Shown here: piece after piece, positions 37,701 through 49,184 of the stretch
How positions within the stretch are numbered: the first letter of the stretch is position 1
Layout: each line of letters starts with the position of its first letter
Source of the DNA: Gracilinanus agilis
Lineage: Eukaryota
Length of the DNA stretch: 64,000 bases
Direction of reading: 5' to 3'
Assembly (NCBI RefSeq): GCF_016433145.1
Contig: NC_058132.1
Coordinates: 8,292,523 to 8,356,522 of the forward strand
Notes under the pieces: generated by a model
Seen by the model: only the letters and a program-made list of their open reading frames with translations
Told to the model about the DNA's origin: nothing
The model's database searches: none
Translations under genes and position numbers: made by a program

Positions 37701-38829
37701 AATGACCCAGATCAAATTCCTTGCCATCTCCAGGAGGAGGGAGTTGTGGGGACCAAAAACCTGAAACCCCACCTAGCAAGACTCTGGGGTCATGAAAGGC
37801 AAAGCCTGGAACCCCATTCAGCAAAGCTGAAAAGCCATAATGCAGCTGAAGCTCATCACCTTTTCACCCTGAGACCACCCAAAGCTTCAAGCTCCCTGCT
37901 CCTTTCTCAAACTCAATCACTAAATGTTCCTACAAAATCACTGATTTTTGTATTTCCTTGGGAATCTAAGTTAAGCGATTACATGTTGATTTACAGTCTA
38001 TAGAAATCACTGTGTAGACTCAACAAGGTAAACTAGATTACAGTTTACCATTTTATCAATCATTTAACTTTATTGTACAAGTGGAAACTTGTGCAAAATC
38101 CCTAGCTTGCTTTCTCTCCCTATAAAAACAGATGTAACTTTCAATACATTTGCCTTGATAGCCTCCAGCTATCTCAGTCCTCCCAACCCCCACTTTATTC
38201 TCTCTTATTTTTTTTTTCATTTCCCTTGTCCCTTCCTGGGGACCTTTGAATAATTTGTCAGGCAAGGCTTGACAGGGAGGGCAGGGAATGTGAGAGACAA
38301 TTTGGAACTTAAAAGTTCAGAAAACATATTTTGAAAATTTTTTATTACATGTAGTTGGGAAAATAAAATATCTCTGGATGAAAAAAAACCCAAACATGAC
38401 CAGAGATATCCATGAGTGCAGTGGATGACCTTGGCCTCTTCAATGCTGACCAAGCTCTAAGAGCTCCACCAGACCTTCAAGGCTACTGGAACAATTATTG
38501 GCCCATTATACCTGGAGAAGTCTTCACATTCTTGAGGTGGACATCCCCCTAAGTCACTGATAGGTTTGAGGTCATTGGTTGGTTACCCTCAACCTGGTTT
38601 AGTTCATCTGCCTAGATAGTTTCATAGATGTGTATCCATTGAGTTTCTTAGAGCCCCAGGTGAGAGTGAAGTGAAAGGTGGACACCCAAGGTGCATGAGC
38701 AGCCCTAAAAGGGCTTGGCAAGCTTTAAAATCCTAGACCTCCCTCTATACCCCATTCATCCCATTTAGTGGGCTTATAATGGAGAAGGATAAGAAGCAGA
38801 AAGAAGCAATATGGTCTGTACCTTCAGGC

Positions 38830-39172
38830 ACCCCTGGAGGCTGGTGGGATGAGAAGAGCATGTATACTTCAGGCTAATGCTGGCCTGGAAGGCTTTGGAG
38901 AGCAGGAGCCACTAGAAACCTACTGGATTTGCCAGGAGAGGACACTGAGACGATATCCCACACATGAACTAAAGAGACTGGCTTTAAAGTGGGCTGTCAC
39001 TGAGAAGTTCTGGGGCTTTGTGGAACTAACAAGCATGGACCGATAACAATCTACTGATCTGATTCAGCCTGAGGTGGATGCTGCCTGCCAGAGATGAGCA
39101 GCAGCACAAGGAACCTAAAAGTTTAATATGAATGAAAAGCTAGGGAACACAAATGGGTATGATGATGCCCTG

Positions 39173-39175
<3 letters not shown>
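38830..39175 (+). mobile_element. Fossil Ty3/Gypsy pol (RNase H region)
   Basis: ILQANAGLEGFG...YPTHELKRLALKWAVTEKF...TDNN...DAACQR*AAA...NG.DDALS parallels the Gypsy pattern LHTDASLEGLG...YPAHKLEFLALKWAVTEKF...TDNNPL...DATGHRWLAA...NGDADALSR. Confidence 0.75.

Positions 39176-39216
<41 letters not shown>
39172..39216. repeat. (CA)n microsatellite
   Basis: Perfect dinucleotide run. Confidence 0.95.
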
Positions 39217-39219
<3 letters not shown>

Positions 39220-39687
39220 CTTGAAGCATCAGTGAGCTTCAGTGAAAGGGGGAAGGGTGATCTGTGAAAGGCAGAGGGATGAACCTTGGTCTCTTAGAAG
39301 AGTAACTGAGCAGGAAGAATGGTGTTTGCAGTGACACCAATCATGTATGATGTTCAACTATCAATGACAACTATTATCAACAAGGCAAGGATCCAGGATA
39401 ACTCCAAGGAACTCAAGATGAAAAAGGCTCCCCACCACCATAGAAAAAAGTGATGGAGCCTAAATGCAGATTGAAACATGCCATTCTTCGCTTTATTACA
39501 TCTATATATTTTTTTCTAATGTAAGCAATATGGGTCTTGTTTTACAATATGATGAACACAAACACGTATTGTATGATGATATATGTACAACCTATATTTT
39601 ATTATCAGCCTTCTGAGGGTGGGGTAGAAGAGGAGAGAACATGGGTCACAAAAAGTCAGAAAACAATTATTAAAAATTGTAACAACA

Positions 39688-39880
39688 GGCAGCTGAGTGG
39701 CTCAATGGATTGAAAGTCAGACTTAGAGACAGGAGGTCCTGGGTTCAAATCTGATCTCAGACACTTCCTAGCTGTGTGACCCTGGGCAAATCACTTAAGC
39801 CTCATTGCCCAGCATTTACCACTCTTCTGCCTTGGAACCAGTACATGGTATTGATTTTAAGATGGAAGGTAAGGGTTTAA
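39688..39880 (+). mobile_element. CORE-SINE
   Basis: ggcagctgagtggctcaatggattg...gggttcaaat...gtgtgaccctgggcaa. Confidence 0.8.
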
Positions 39881-40461
39881 AAAAATCATAATGACATGTA
39901 ATCCGGGGAACAAAAGGGTAGCCAAGAGGCTGGCCAGATCCTGCCAGAGATTTTGGAACCAATCCACTTTGCCATTGAGTCCTTCTCTGGTGCTTCCCCT
40001 GGCTTTCATTGTTTACAGAGCCTATTTGGGCAGGGAAAATGATAAATGATAAAATAGAAGCTTCTTGAGGGCTGGAACTATCTTGATGCTCTACTTGTAT
40101 CTCTGGTGCTTAGCCCAGTACTTGAAACATAGGAAGCACTAAATGAATGCATTTTTGTTCATTTATTTCATATATTATTCATTGGGCTGAATCGAATAAG
40201 AAGAAAATCAATAGGGATAAGGGGGAAATCATGCCCTGGTTCAATGATCAGTTTCACAAACACAGGGTGGGGGAGATATATTTAGAAGCTTAAAAGCTTC
40301 TTGGCATTCTTAGTGGACCACAAATTCAGGGATGTGGCAACCAAAAAAATGGATGCATCTTGGGCTGCCTTGAGAGGGACAGAGCTTCCAGGAATGAGGA
40401 AGTAGAAGCCTGTTTGTCCTCTGCTCTGACCAGACTACCTCTGCAGTTTTATGTTCGTTTT

Positions 40462-40650
40462 TTTTTTTTTTTTTAAACCCTTAACTTCTATGCATTGGCT
40501 CCCTGGTGGAAGAGTAGTAAGGGTGGGCAATGGGGGTCAAGTGACCTGCCCAGGGTCACACAGCTGGGAAGTGTCTGAGGCCGGATTTGAACCCAGGACC
40601 TCCTGTCTCTAGGCCTGACTCTCAATCCACTGAGCCACCCAGCTGCCCCC
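40462..40650 (-). mobile_element. SINE1_Mdo-like, young copy with poly-T
   Basis: Near-identical to 663-852. Confidence 0.85.
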
Positions 40651-40859
40651 ATTTGGTGTGACCTTTCTTAAGGAAAGTAGAAGGATAAATCTCTATTATG
40701 TCACCATTTTCTTTCCCAATGAGGAGAGTCTTGCAAGCCTGAAGTCAGAGTCACAAGTCCAGTATTCTTCTGCTTTACCCTTTCCCAAGAAGCTTTTCTT
40801 TGCCTTGTCCATTTCTAAGTCTATTCTGAATTTTCTGAAATTGATTGGCTGCTGTTCCT

Positions 40860-42320
40860 TTTTCTTTATTTAGAATATTTTTCCATGGTTACATGATTCC
40901 TATTCCCTCCCTCCCTTCATCCCTTCCCCCTCCCAGAGATGACAAGCAATTCCATTGGGTTATACATGTATCATTTGTTCAAAACCTATTTCCATGTTAT
41001 TCATATTTGTTAATAGAGTGATCTTTTGACATTAAAACCCTAATCACATCCCCATCAAACCATGTGATTGATCCTGTGTTTTTCTTCTGCATTTCTGCTC
41101 CCACGGTTCTTTCTCTGGATGTGGATAGAGTTCTTTCTCATAAATTCCTCTGGATTGTCCTGGGTCATTGCTTTGTCCCTCTTTGTTTTATGAGGGCAGA
41201 ATTTCTGGAATATGAAGTCTGAACTCCTTTCCTTTACATTTCTATCAGGGCACTTAGAAATTTCCCATCAACCATCCAACAAGTATTTATCAATCTCATC
41301 CTAGGTGCTAAACTTTGGGGATAAAAGGCATAACCAGTCAGTCACCTCAATCAAAATGCTTACATCCTAGCCAGAGGAGACAATCTGTACATATGGGTAA
41401 ACAGCCTAGAAACAAAGGAGTGGAGAAAGGCACTATCTATTTTTTCTTCTGTTATCTCATAAAAATCTCAATTAATGAAGGAAGCAAAGAATCAGTGTCC
41501 TGTTGTGGGATTCACTCCATGTTCAGTCCCACCCTCTGACCATACCATAATCATCCCAAACTCCTATCAGATCACGTTATTCCACCTCTGGTTCTATATC
41601 CCCATCCCCTAACAATACAGGCGCTGCTGGCCCCTGGGGGATAATCATACATCTCCTCTCCTGAGATGTTACAAAGATGAAGAAAGTACAATTTTTTTTC
41701 AAAAGGTGGGTTCCTAGGGTATAAATTTCTTTTTTCCGCCCTTTTAAAATTTTTGAATATTTTCCCATAGTTACATGTTTCATGTTCTTTCTCCCCCAAA
41801 CCCCTCCCACCCCTCCACCCCCACCCTCCCCCATAGCCAACAATTCCACTGGGTTTTACATGTATCATTAAGACCTAATTCCATATTCCATATTATTGAT
41901 AGTTGGACTAGAGTTATCGTTTAGTGTCTACATCCCCAATAATATCTCCATCAGCCCATGTGTTCAAGCATTTGTTTTTCCTCTGTGTTTCTTCTCCCAC
42001 AGTTCTTCCTCTGAATGTGGCTAGTTTTCTTTCTCATAAGTCCCTCAGCCTTGCTCTGGATCCTTGCATTGTTGCATGTAGAGAAGTGCTTTTTGTTCGA
42101 TTGTACCACAGTGTATCAGTCTCTATGTACAATGCTCTCCTGGATCTGCTCCTTTCGCTCTGCATCAATTCCTGGAGGTCTTTCCAGTTTACATGGAATT
42201 CCTCCAGTTCATTATTCTTTTGAGCACAATAGTATTCTATCACCAACAGATACCACAATTTGTTCAGCCATTCCTCAATAGAAGGACATTCCCTCATTTT
42301 CCAATTTTTTTCCACTAGTG
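40860..42320 (-). mobile_element. L1 3' fragments (40860-41165 and 41730-42320)
   Basis: Minus ORF EWLNKLWYLLVIEYYCAQKNNELEEFHVNWKDLQELMQSERSR plus 3'UTR. Confidence 0.8.
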
Positions 42321-42908
42321 CATAAATTTCTGCTCAGACAAAACCCATAAGCTTTCCTCTGCTCTTACCCTCATGAGAATGTTCCATAAATACCAATCTT
42401 CTTTCCCCCTCCCTCCAGGCATAAAAAATGGGGGACGTTGGCAATCATCTGATGTGCTATCATGTTGCTTTACTGTTAGTGGGGTTTATGTGGGTACCTA
42501 CTTTTTCTTGAGGGAGATTTCTGTCCTACCTTCTGACATTGTTTCCACTCTCTAGGTGACAATACCACGCTGTTGACCCATTTCAGACTGACAGTCCCAG
42601 AACATTTTGGAAGATCAGTCTAGGTCCCCTCCCATCTTATCTTTATGATGTTTATTTTTAAAATCCAAGCAGAAGACTTTACATCTATTCTTAGTAAATC
42701 TCATGGGATCAGTCTTTGCCCTGGTGCTGGATCTAGCTCATCTTGGTTTTTCACCTACAAAGGACCGACCCCCAGGCTACCTTCCTCTCCTTGGTCTTCC
42801 ATTGGTATTGGAGACTTGGGATGAGAAGTCCTGTCTTGGTAAAGGAAGAAAGACCAGGGAACTTCTAGGGACAACCAGGAGCCAATTTTACCAGCAAATT
42901 TAATGATT

Positions 42909-42914
42909 TTTATT
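42909..42914 (-). terminator. CD37: Candidate distal CD37 polyadenylation signal
   Basis: First canonical AATAAA I found on minus downstream of the CD37 stop, implying a 3'UTR of about 1 kb. Confidence 0.4.
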
Positions 42915-43902
42915 TCTTACCCAGAGCTCAAAGTTATTGGACAGAAAGAGATGTGAAAAGTAAGACAAATGAAAAGCTAAGAAAATGGGCTGTGTGGGAG
43001 GATGCTAGAATCACCAGGAGGCTAAAGGTCCCAGAGGATGGGCCACTGGGAGTGGAGGGAGAAGAGGGTCCATCTAGGTGACAGAATAATGGGGTCCCTG
43101 AGAGGGAAAGGGAGACAGGACACAACAAAGGGGTGGAGGAGATAAGGAGAAAAGGAGCTAGAGAGTAGGATGCCAGGGTCTCAGAGAAGAGGAGAAAAGA
43201 CTGGGGGATAAGAAGCCACATTACCCAGGAAAGGAAGGAAAAAAGGGCAGCCTGGACAGAACGTTGAGACCTCCAGGAAGAAGAGAATATGGTAGCCCAC
43301 AGCAAGAAGATGAAGGTGAGGGGGCCGGCGGGAGGGGAGGTGGAGCCTGCTATGGTGGCCACTAAAGTAACTGGGGGAAGACAGGAGAAGGGGCTGGGAT
43401 GCTAAGTGGAGAGGGTGGCAGAGAAGAGAGTTCTGGGGCTCAGACTCAGCAATAAAGAAGATGCTGGGTGGGAAGAAAACAGAGCGGAGTACAAGAGACT
43501 TGGGATTTAGAGTAGGACCCTATTAGTCATCCAGCTTCCATCCCTGTTGGGGACAGAATGCTGGGGGAGGCACTCAAAGACAGCATGATCTGGAGGATCC
43601 TTAGGAAGACAGGGAAGGTGGGGGACAGAATATTACTGGGTGCCTGGGGAGCCTCCTAGATGCTCAGGGAAAGGACCTGGTTGGCTCAAGAAGTGAGAGG
43701 GATGGATGCTGGGAAACAAGGTGCCAGGCTCCCCCGCCTGAAAGGGAGCAGGGAGAACAAGAAGCCTAGATTTCTCCTTTGGGGCAGCTCTCCAGCGTGA
43801 GCTGGAGGAGAGCAACATGGGAGAGAGGATGTGGCTATTTCAGGCAAGAGAATAAGGTCTCCTGGGGACAGGAGTTGGGGTCTCAGGTAGGGTGGGAGCT
43901 GT

Positions 43903-46900
43903 CTAAGAGTATCGCGAGAGCTTGTTGTAGACGTGATCCAGGTTCCTGCAGAGAAACATCGAGAGCGACATGACCCCGAGCTAGGGAGAGAGGAAGGAGA
44001 CACGAGTGGGTCAGAAAGGGAGCCGGCATGGGCTGAGGACAAGGGTGGGTATGGGGTCAGGGCTCGCGGTTCGGGGCACAGACGCAGGGGGAGAGGCCAG
44101 AGTCAGGGCCGGCGGGTACAGAAGCAGGGCATCGCCGGTCCTGGGTCTGAGCCGATCCTTTATTCACAGCCCTGGGGCCCTAGCCTGCACACGGACCAGA
44201 TAAACGACTGCCGCGAGGTCCGACGCTCCCGTGGCAGCCAGCGCCCCATCACGGTGGGCAGGCGACTCGGCGCCGGGGCTCCCCACGTAGGGCACCTGTT
44301 GGCCGTGCACCAGGTGGGCAAGGGCGTCCCTGTCCCGCTGTTCCCGCCCTCCCCTGCCGTAGATGACTCGCCCTCCATCCCCTGGCGCCCGGTGTCCCAG
44401 CCCCGGGCGTGTGGCAGCAGCGCCAGCGTCAGCCCCAAAGCCACCACCTGCAACGGGACATGCGCATCAGCCGGGCCGGCCCCTGGGCCCGCTCACCATT
44501 TAGGCTTGTGCCAGAACACATCTCGCACATGCGAGAAGAGCATCTTCCCGCCCCCTTCTAGGCCCAGCTGTGGGAGGGTCTCTTTCTGCCCTGACCGATC
44601 AGATAAAAGACACACACACAGACATAGACACAGACACACACACAGACATAGACACAGACACACACTCTTTCACACGTACCCCCCCTTTCCCAGCCTCATC
44701 TGATTACTTCGATAGCAATCCGAGGGAAAGGTTGGGGATGGGTCCCTTCCTGCAGGAGCCAAGCTGAGAAGGGCTCCTTTCCATTTCTCACCATCATCTC
44801 GTTTGGGATTCATCTGACTTACTGCGGCCAACTGAGATAGAACCTACTCCGCCTCCCCATCTTTGGGCATCTGGCCTCAACTAAAAGAGACTGAGAATGG
44901 GTCCTCTTGGGCTACTCCAGGCTAAATTATGAAGGGCTCCGCCTTCCTTTCCTCAGCCAATGGGATAGGATGAGCTTCCCCCACCTCTTGGCTAATCAGA
45001 GGAGGGGCTGCCATCTCCCACCCTCGGAAGAGAGCGCAGGATCAGGGCGGATCCGCGATGGCAGGCGTATGTGTAGACTCTCTGGGGGGTGCGAGAAGAG
45101 GACCTGGTGCCAAGGTCCACCTCACCCAAGAAAGGTGGCTTGGCCTCGGCATTTCTTGGAAAAGGGAGGACAGGCGTGCGTGTGGGTGTGGGTGTGGGTG
45201 CTCCAGGCTCCGGAGAGGCGAAGGAAGGGGGTTAAACGGCCCCAGAAGGGCTCTCCTGGCCTGAGACTGGGTCCTCACCTCGAGCAGCCCCAGGCCCAAG
45301 CTGATGCCCACGATGGAGATGAGGTTGTTGTGCAGCCACGTGTAGAGGCTCCGAGAGCAGCCCTGTAGTGGCGGGGCTCGAGTTAGATCTACCCTCGCCC
45401 CAAAGCTCCTCCAGGGTCCCCCACCCAGTCCCCTCCCCCCGTGTTCTCTCCCCTTCTCCCTCCCGCCCCGCGGGACCTTCCCCGAAACCCACCTCCTGGT
45501 AAACTGAGCTATCCGCTGGCAGGGAGCACAGCTCGCCCGAGTGCAGCCGGGTAGCGGTCCCGGGGACGCCCGGACCGGGCAGGACCCTGCTGGCCTTGGC
45601 GCCAGGCCCGGGGGCAGGCTGGTTGACTTTGGAGACCTCCGCGGGGCTCGGGGGTGCGCCCATGATCACCGACGTGTTCTGGCAGGAGCAGGGCACTCGT
45701 GGAACCGGCTCCAGCGGACGGCTCGGGGACACCAAATCGCTGCTCCGGGTGGTCGGGGAGGAGGTGACGGTTCTTTCCCCGCCGCTGGGGGCCGAGCCAT
45801 TAGGCCGAAGGGAGGACGCCAGCCACCAGTCCTGGGGAGAGTCCCAGCCGCAGCAGCGAAGCTGGTGACAGAGGGAGGGGCCGGCTCACCGGGAGAAAGA
45901 TGCTCACGCACAGGCAGGGGCCTGGCTCCGGGCGGGGCACTGTGCGTGCACAGAGGACCCTGGCCCGCGGGGTCCCAGGGAAACCCGAGTTGGGAGGGAG
46001 ATGGCGGCCGGGACTCCCACCTGGAACTGCACGAAATCCCAGTTCTCGGCCGTGCTGTACGCGTCTGGGTACTTGTGGTAATTTTCGATAACGTCCAGGA
46101 CGATAAGCTTCACCTTCCGCTCCAGCTGGCCCGGAGAAGGGGGGAGAGGGACACATAAGCCGGCTTCTCCGCTTCCCAGAGCGGGCCTCGGCTCCTCCTC
46201 TGTCCTCTCTCCCTTCCTCAGTCTCCCGCGCCCAGCCTGCCTCCAGGGTCTAGCCTCTGGTTTCCGATCTCCAGCTTTCCTGGGCTGCTTCCCGAAGCAT
46301 CGCCTTCTCTCCGACTCGCCTCGCGTGCCCACAGGCCCTTTCGGGCTGGCTCTCCTCCACCTGGCAGGCAGCCCCTGGCGGGCTCCCTCCCACTTCTCTC
46401 TGCGTCTGTCTCTGCTCCTCCCCGCCCTCCTCCTTTCTGCCCCCTCCGTCCCAGCCCCTTTCCTTCTGCCTCGTTCCGGGCACGTGTGTCTCAGCCTCAG
46501 TCTCCCTCTCTGGCTCTAGCTCGGGGGTTTTATTTCCCCCCAGGCCAGCGCGGAAGGTCTCACTCACCGAGCCATGCTGGGTGTAGATGAGGACTCCGAT
46601 GGTGATCTGGGCGGTAAACAGCAACAGCAGAAGACCAAAGTACTGAGGGGAGGGGAAGGGTTAGGACCTGCATCCGGGGCTCAGGGAGAGCAGGGGAGGA
46701 GGGGGAGAGACGGGACGCTCCCTAGGGAAACCGAGGGCTAGGGGGGAGCTTTCAGACTCCAAAGGGGAGGGGGGGGTCCCGGAGGATGGTAGGGAGCATC
46801 TCCAGGCTTGCGGGGTACCAGGAGGCATTTGAGGACCACTCACGAGGCCAAGGAGGCAGCGGATCTCCTTGAGGGCGCCAAGGCAGCCGAGGAAGGACAG

Positions 46901-47326
46901 GACGCCCGTGAAGACCCCAGAGATCGCCATGGCATAGGACCACATTTTCAGCGGCGTGAAGGACATGCCTGCGGACACCCACGGGTCAAAAGGAAGCTGG
47001 GGGCAGAGCTAGAATGGTCGCCTGAGGCCACGTGAAGGTATCCGGGCTTGGGACTGCTAGGGTTGGGGTAGAAAATCTCTTACCCAGGAAGGAGGCAAAG
47101 CTGTTCTTGTCCACGAGAATCCACAGCCCGAAGCAGAATATGAGGCTGCCCAGGACCTGAGGAGGCAGGGAGGGCTGAGTGGGGGACCCGGCCCAAGATG
47201 GATCCAAGAGGAGGTGGGAGGAGGAGGGGGCGCACAGGGCTTAGGGGAGGGATAACTCACGAAGAAGAAGATGTTGAAGACAAAGAGGAAATATTTGATG
47301 AGGCTGAGGCAGCCCTTCCCCGCCAT
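43903..47326 (-). CDS. CD37: Leukocyte tetraspanin CD37, 324 aa
   Basis: Coding exons 47326-47261, 47156-47084, 46968-46844, 46642-46568, 46125-46021, 45861-45493, 45362-45279, 43980-43903, total 975 nt, frame consistent. [36 protein letters not shown] and the C-terminus [16 protein letters not shown] are diagnostic. Confidence 0.97.
44160..44447 (-). CDS. Candidate terminal exon inside CD37 intron 7 (95 codons; alternative CD37 C-terminus or nested small secreted protein)
   Basis: Acceptor tgtcccgttgcag at 44448, phase-0 open frame [16 protein letters not shown]...QGCE*, stop TAA overlapping AATAAA (44164-44159), CpG-rich. Confidence 0.45.
   Translation of the reverse strand: MVALGLTLALLPHARGWDTGRQGMEGESSTAGEGGNSGTGTPLPTWCTANRCPTWGAPAPSRLPTVMGRWLPRERRTSRQSFIWSVCRLGPQGCE
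44609..44665. repeat. Compound CA/CAGA short tandem repeat in CD37 intron 7
   Basis: cacacacacagacatagacacagaca present twice. Confidence 0.8.
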
Positions 47327-48194
47327 GATCTTAACCCGGGGCTGTAGAGACAAGGAATGAAGAGATGCAGAGGCTCAGAGGTTCCCAGAGATACAGATAG
47401 CCAAAGCTGGAGCTTCAAGTCCCAGCATTCCTCCGGGCTCTCCAGCCAACCCTCCTCCAGTTCCCAGTTTCAGCCAATGGTACCAACGTGTCCGTGGCCA
47501 CTCAGGTTCGCAGCTTTGGAGTGATTCTGGACTGCTCCCTCTCCCTTCCCCCGAAACCCAATGGGCTCCAGACCGAACCAGTTCTCGTCTGGATTTCACT
47601 TCTGCATCAACAAGAGAGAGCAGATCGGCCAGTGGAGTGTAGAGGGGTAAAGAACTAGACTGTGAAACCACCACGTGTGTCTTTTCCAGCCTGCCCCCTT
47701 TTCCCCCAGTCCCACTGGGGCACCCCTTTGGGGTTCAGACCTCCAGCCAGCGCTCCTCTCCTGGACTATCGCATCATTTATTTAAATGCCTCTCAGGGAC
47801 TGCAATCTGGCCAGTCCTTGCCCTCAGGGAGCTTTCATTCTCTGGTTAGGGGCACACAGAGGAAATGGGGTAGGGGTCCGAGGGGCTAGCAATTTAGGGG
47901 CCTGGGAAAGAGCTCCTGTTGGAAATGAGCTTGAAAGCAACACCATCGAATAGACTTCTCACTGGTCTACCTGCCTCCAGGCTCTCCCTGTGCCTTCCAT
48001 TTATTATTTCCACACTGCCCGAGCTAGGCAGCTTCCTAATATCCTTCTCTGCCCTAAGGCCTTCCATGGCTCTTCTCTGCCTTCAGGATACTTTTATCTT
48101 CTGATCCTGCAAGGAATTCAGGACCTCCAGACCTCCCTTTCGGAAGTTCAGTCTCCCCACCCCATCTTCCCCAGACTTCTACCCTCTAGCTAAG

Positions 48195-48430
48195 GTGCTG
48201 AAGTGGATAGCCTGGAGTCATGAAGCCTCCTCTCTCTGAGTTCAAATAAATCTGGACTCAGATGCTGCCTAGCTCTATGGCCTTGGGCGAATCATTTAAT
48301 CTTGTTTGCCTCAGTTTCCTCATATGCCAAATGAGCTGGAGAGGAAATGGCACTCCAAGCCACACTTTGCCGAGAAGATACCAAATGGGGCCTCGAAGAG
48401 TCAGATATGACTGAAAATTAACATACTCCA
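48195..48430 (+). mobile_element. MAR1-like SINE
   Basis: CORE plus tail gaagagtcagatatgactgaaa. Confidence 0.7.
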
Positions 48431-49184
48431 GCCAATATAAGGGAACTTCCTTCCTGTTTTCTGATCTTTCCCCTCTTCTGCTCCCATGTATTTGCATTCC
48501 AGGCCTGGAATAAACAAACACCTTCCTTCCAATGGAGATGAGGGAAGAGCACCTTATGACCAATGGAAGGAATCTCCATCTTGATAATAACAAGATTCTC
48601 ATAAGTTTGACATTCTCTCTACTTTCTGGAACCTCACCTCTAGAGGGGTGGCAGTTCAGAAAGAAGAGTGCTATGAGGACCTGGGTTCGAATCCCACCTC
48701 AGGTATTTGCTACTTGGCGTCACCCTGGGTGAGTCAATTTAGCTCCTGGACCTCAGTTGCTCTTAGAGACTTGGGTTTGATGACCCCTAAGACCGCTTCC
48801 AATTCTCAGTCTGTGATCCTTCAATGCTGTGACCTTTCTTCAAACCTCCAACTCCAGCACAGCTTTTTCATGAAGCCCAGAGGACCTCTGTCTCTTCAGA
48901 CTGTCCCCGAGTCTTAGCTTTAGCCTATCCTTGCCACATAGTTTTCTGTCAATCCATCTTGCTTCTCTCTTTACACTGTAAGCTTTTTGAGAGCAAGGAC
49001 TGCATTATGTTGGAGCTCAGGGCCTTGTAAACAGTAGTTGCTTAATGTGGAAAGGAGAGAGGGAGACTGAAATAAAGAGGGGGCAAACTGAGGGAGGGCC
49101 ATGCTCAACAAAGAAAACTCTAAAAGAGGAAGCGCCTCTAGGCCCTGCCCCCTTCCCAGCTTCCCCAGCCCAAAACACACACAC

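Noticed and set aside
42934-43362. Hydrophobic 142-aa minus ORF
   Set aside because: Pyrimidine-rich probable CD37 3'UTR; composition explains the Leu/Ser/Phe bias.
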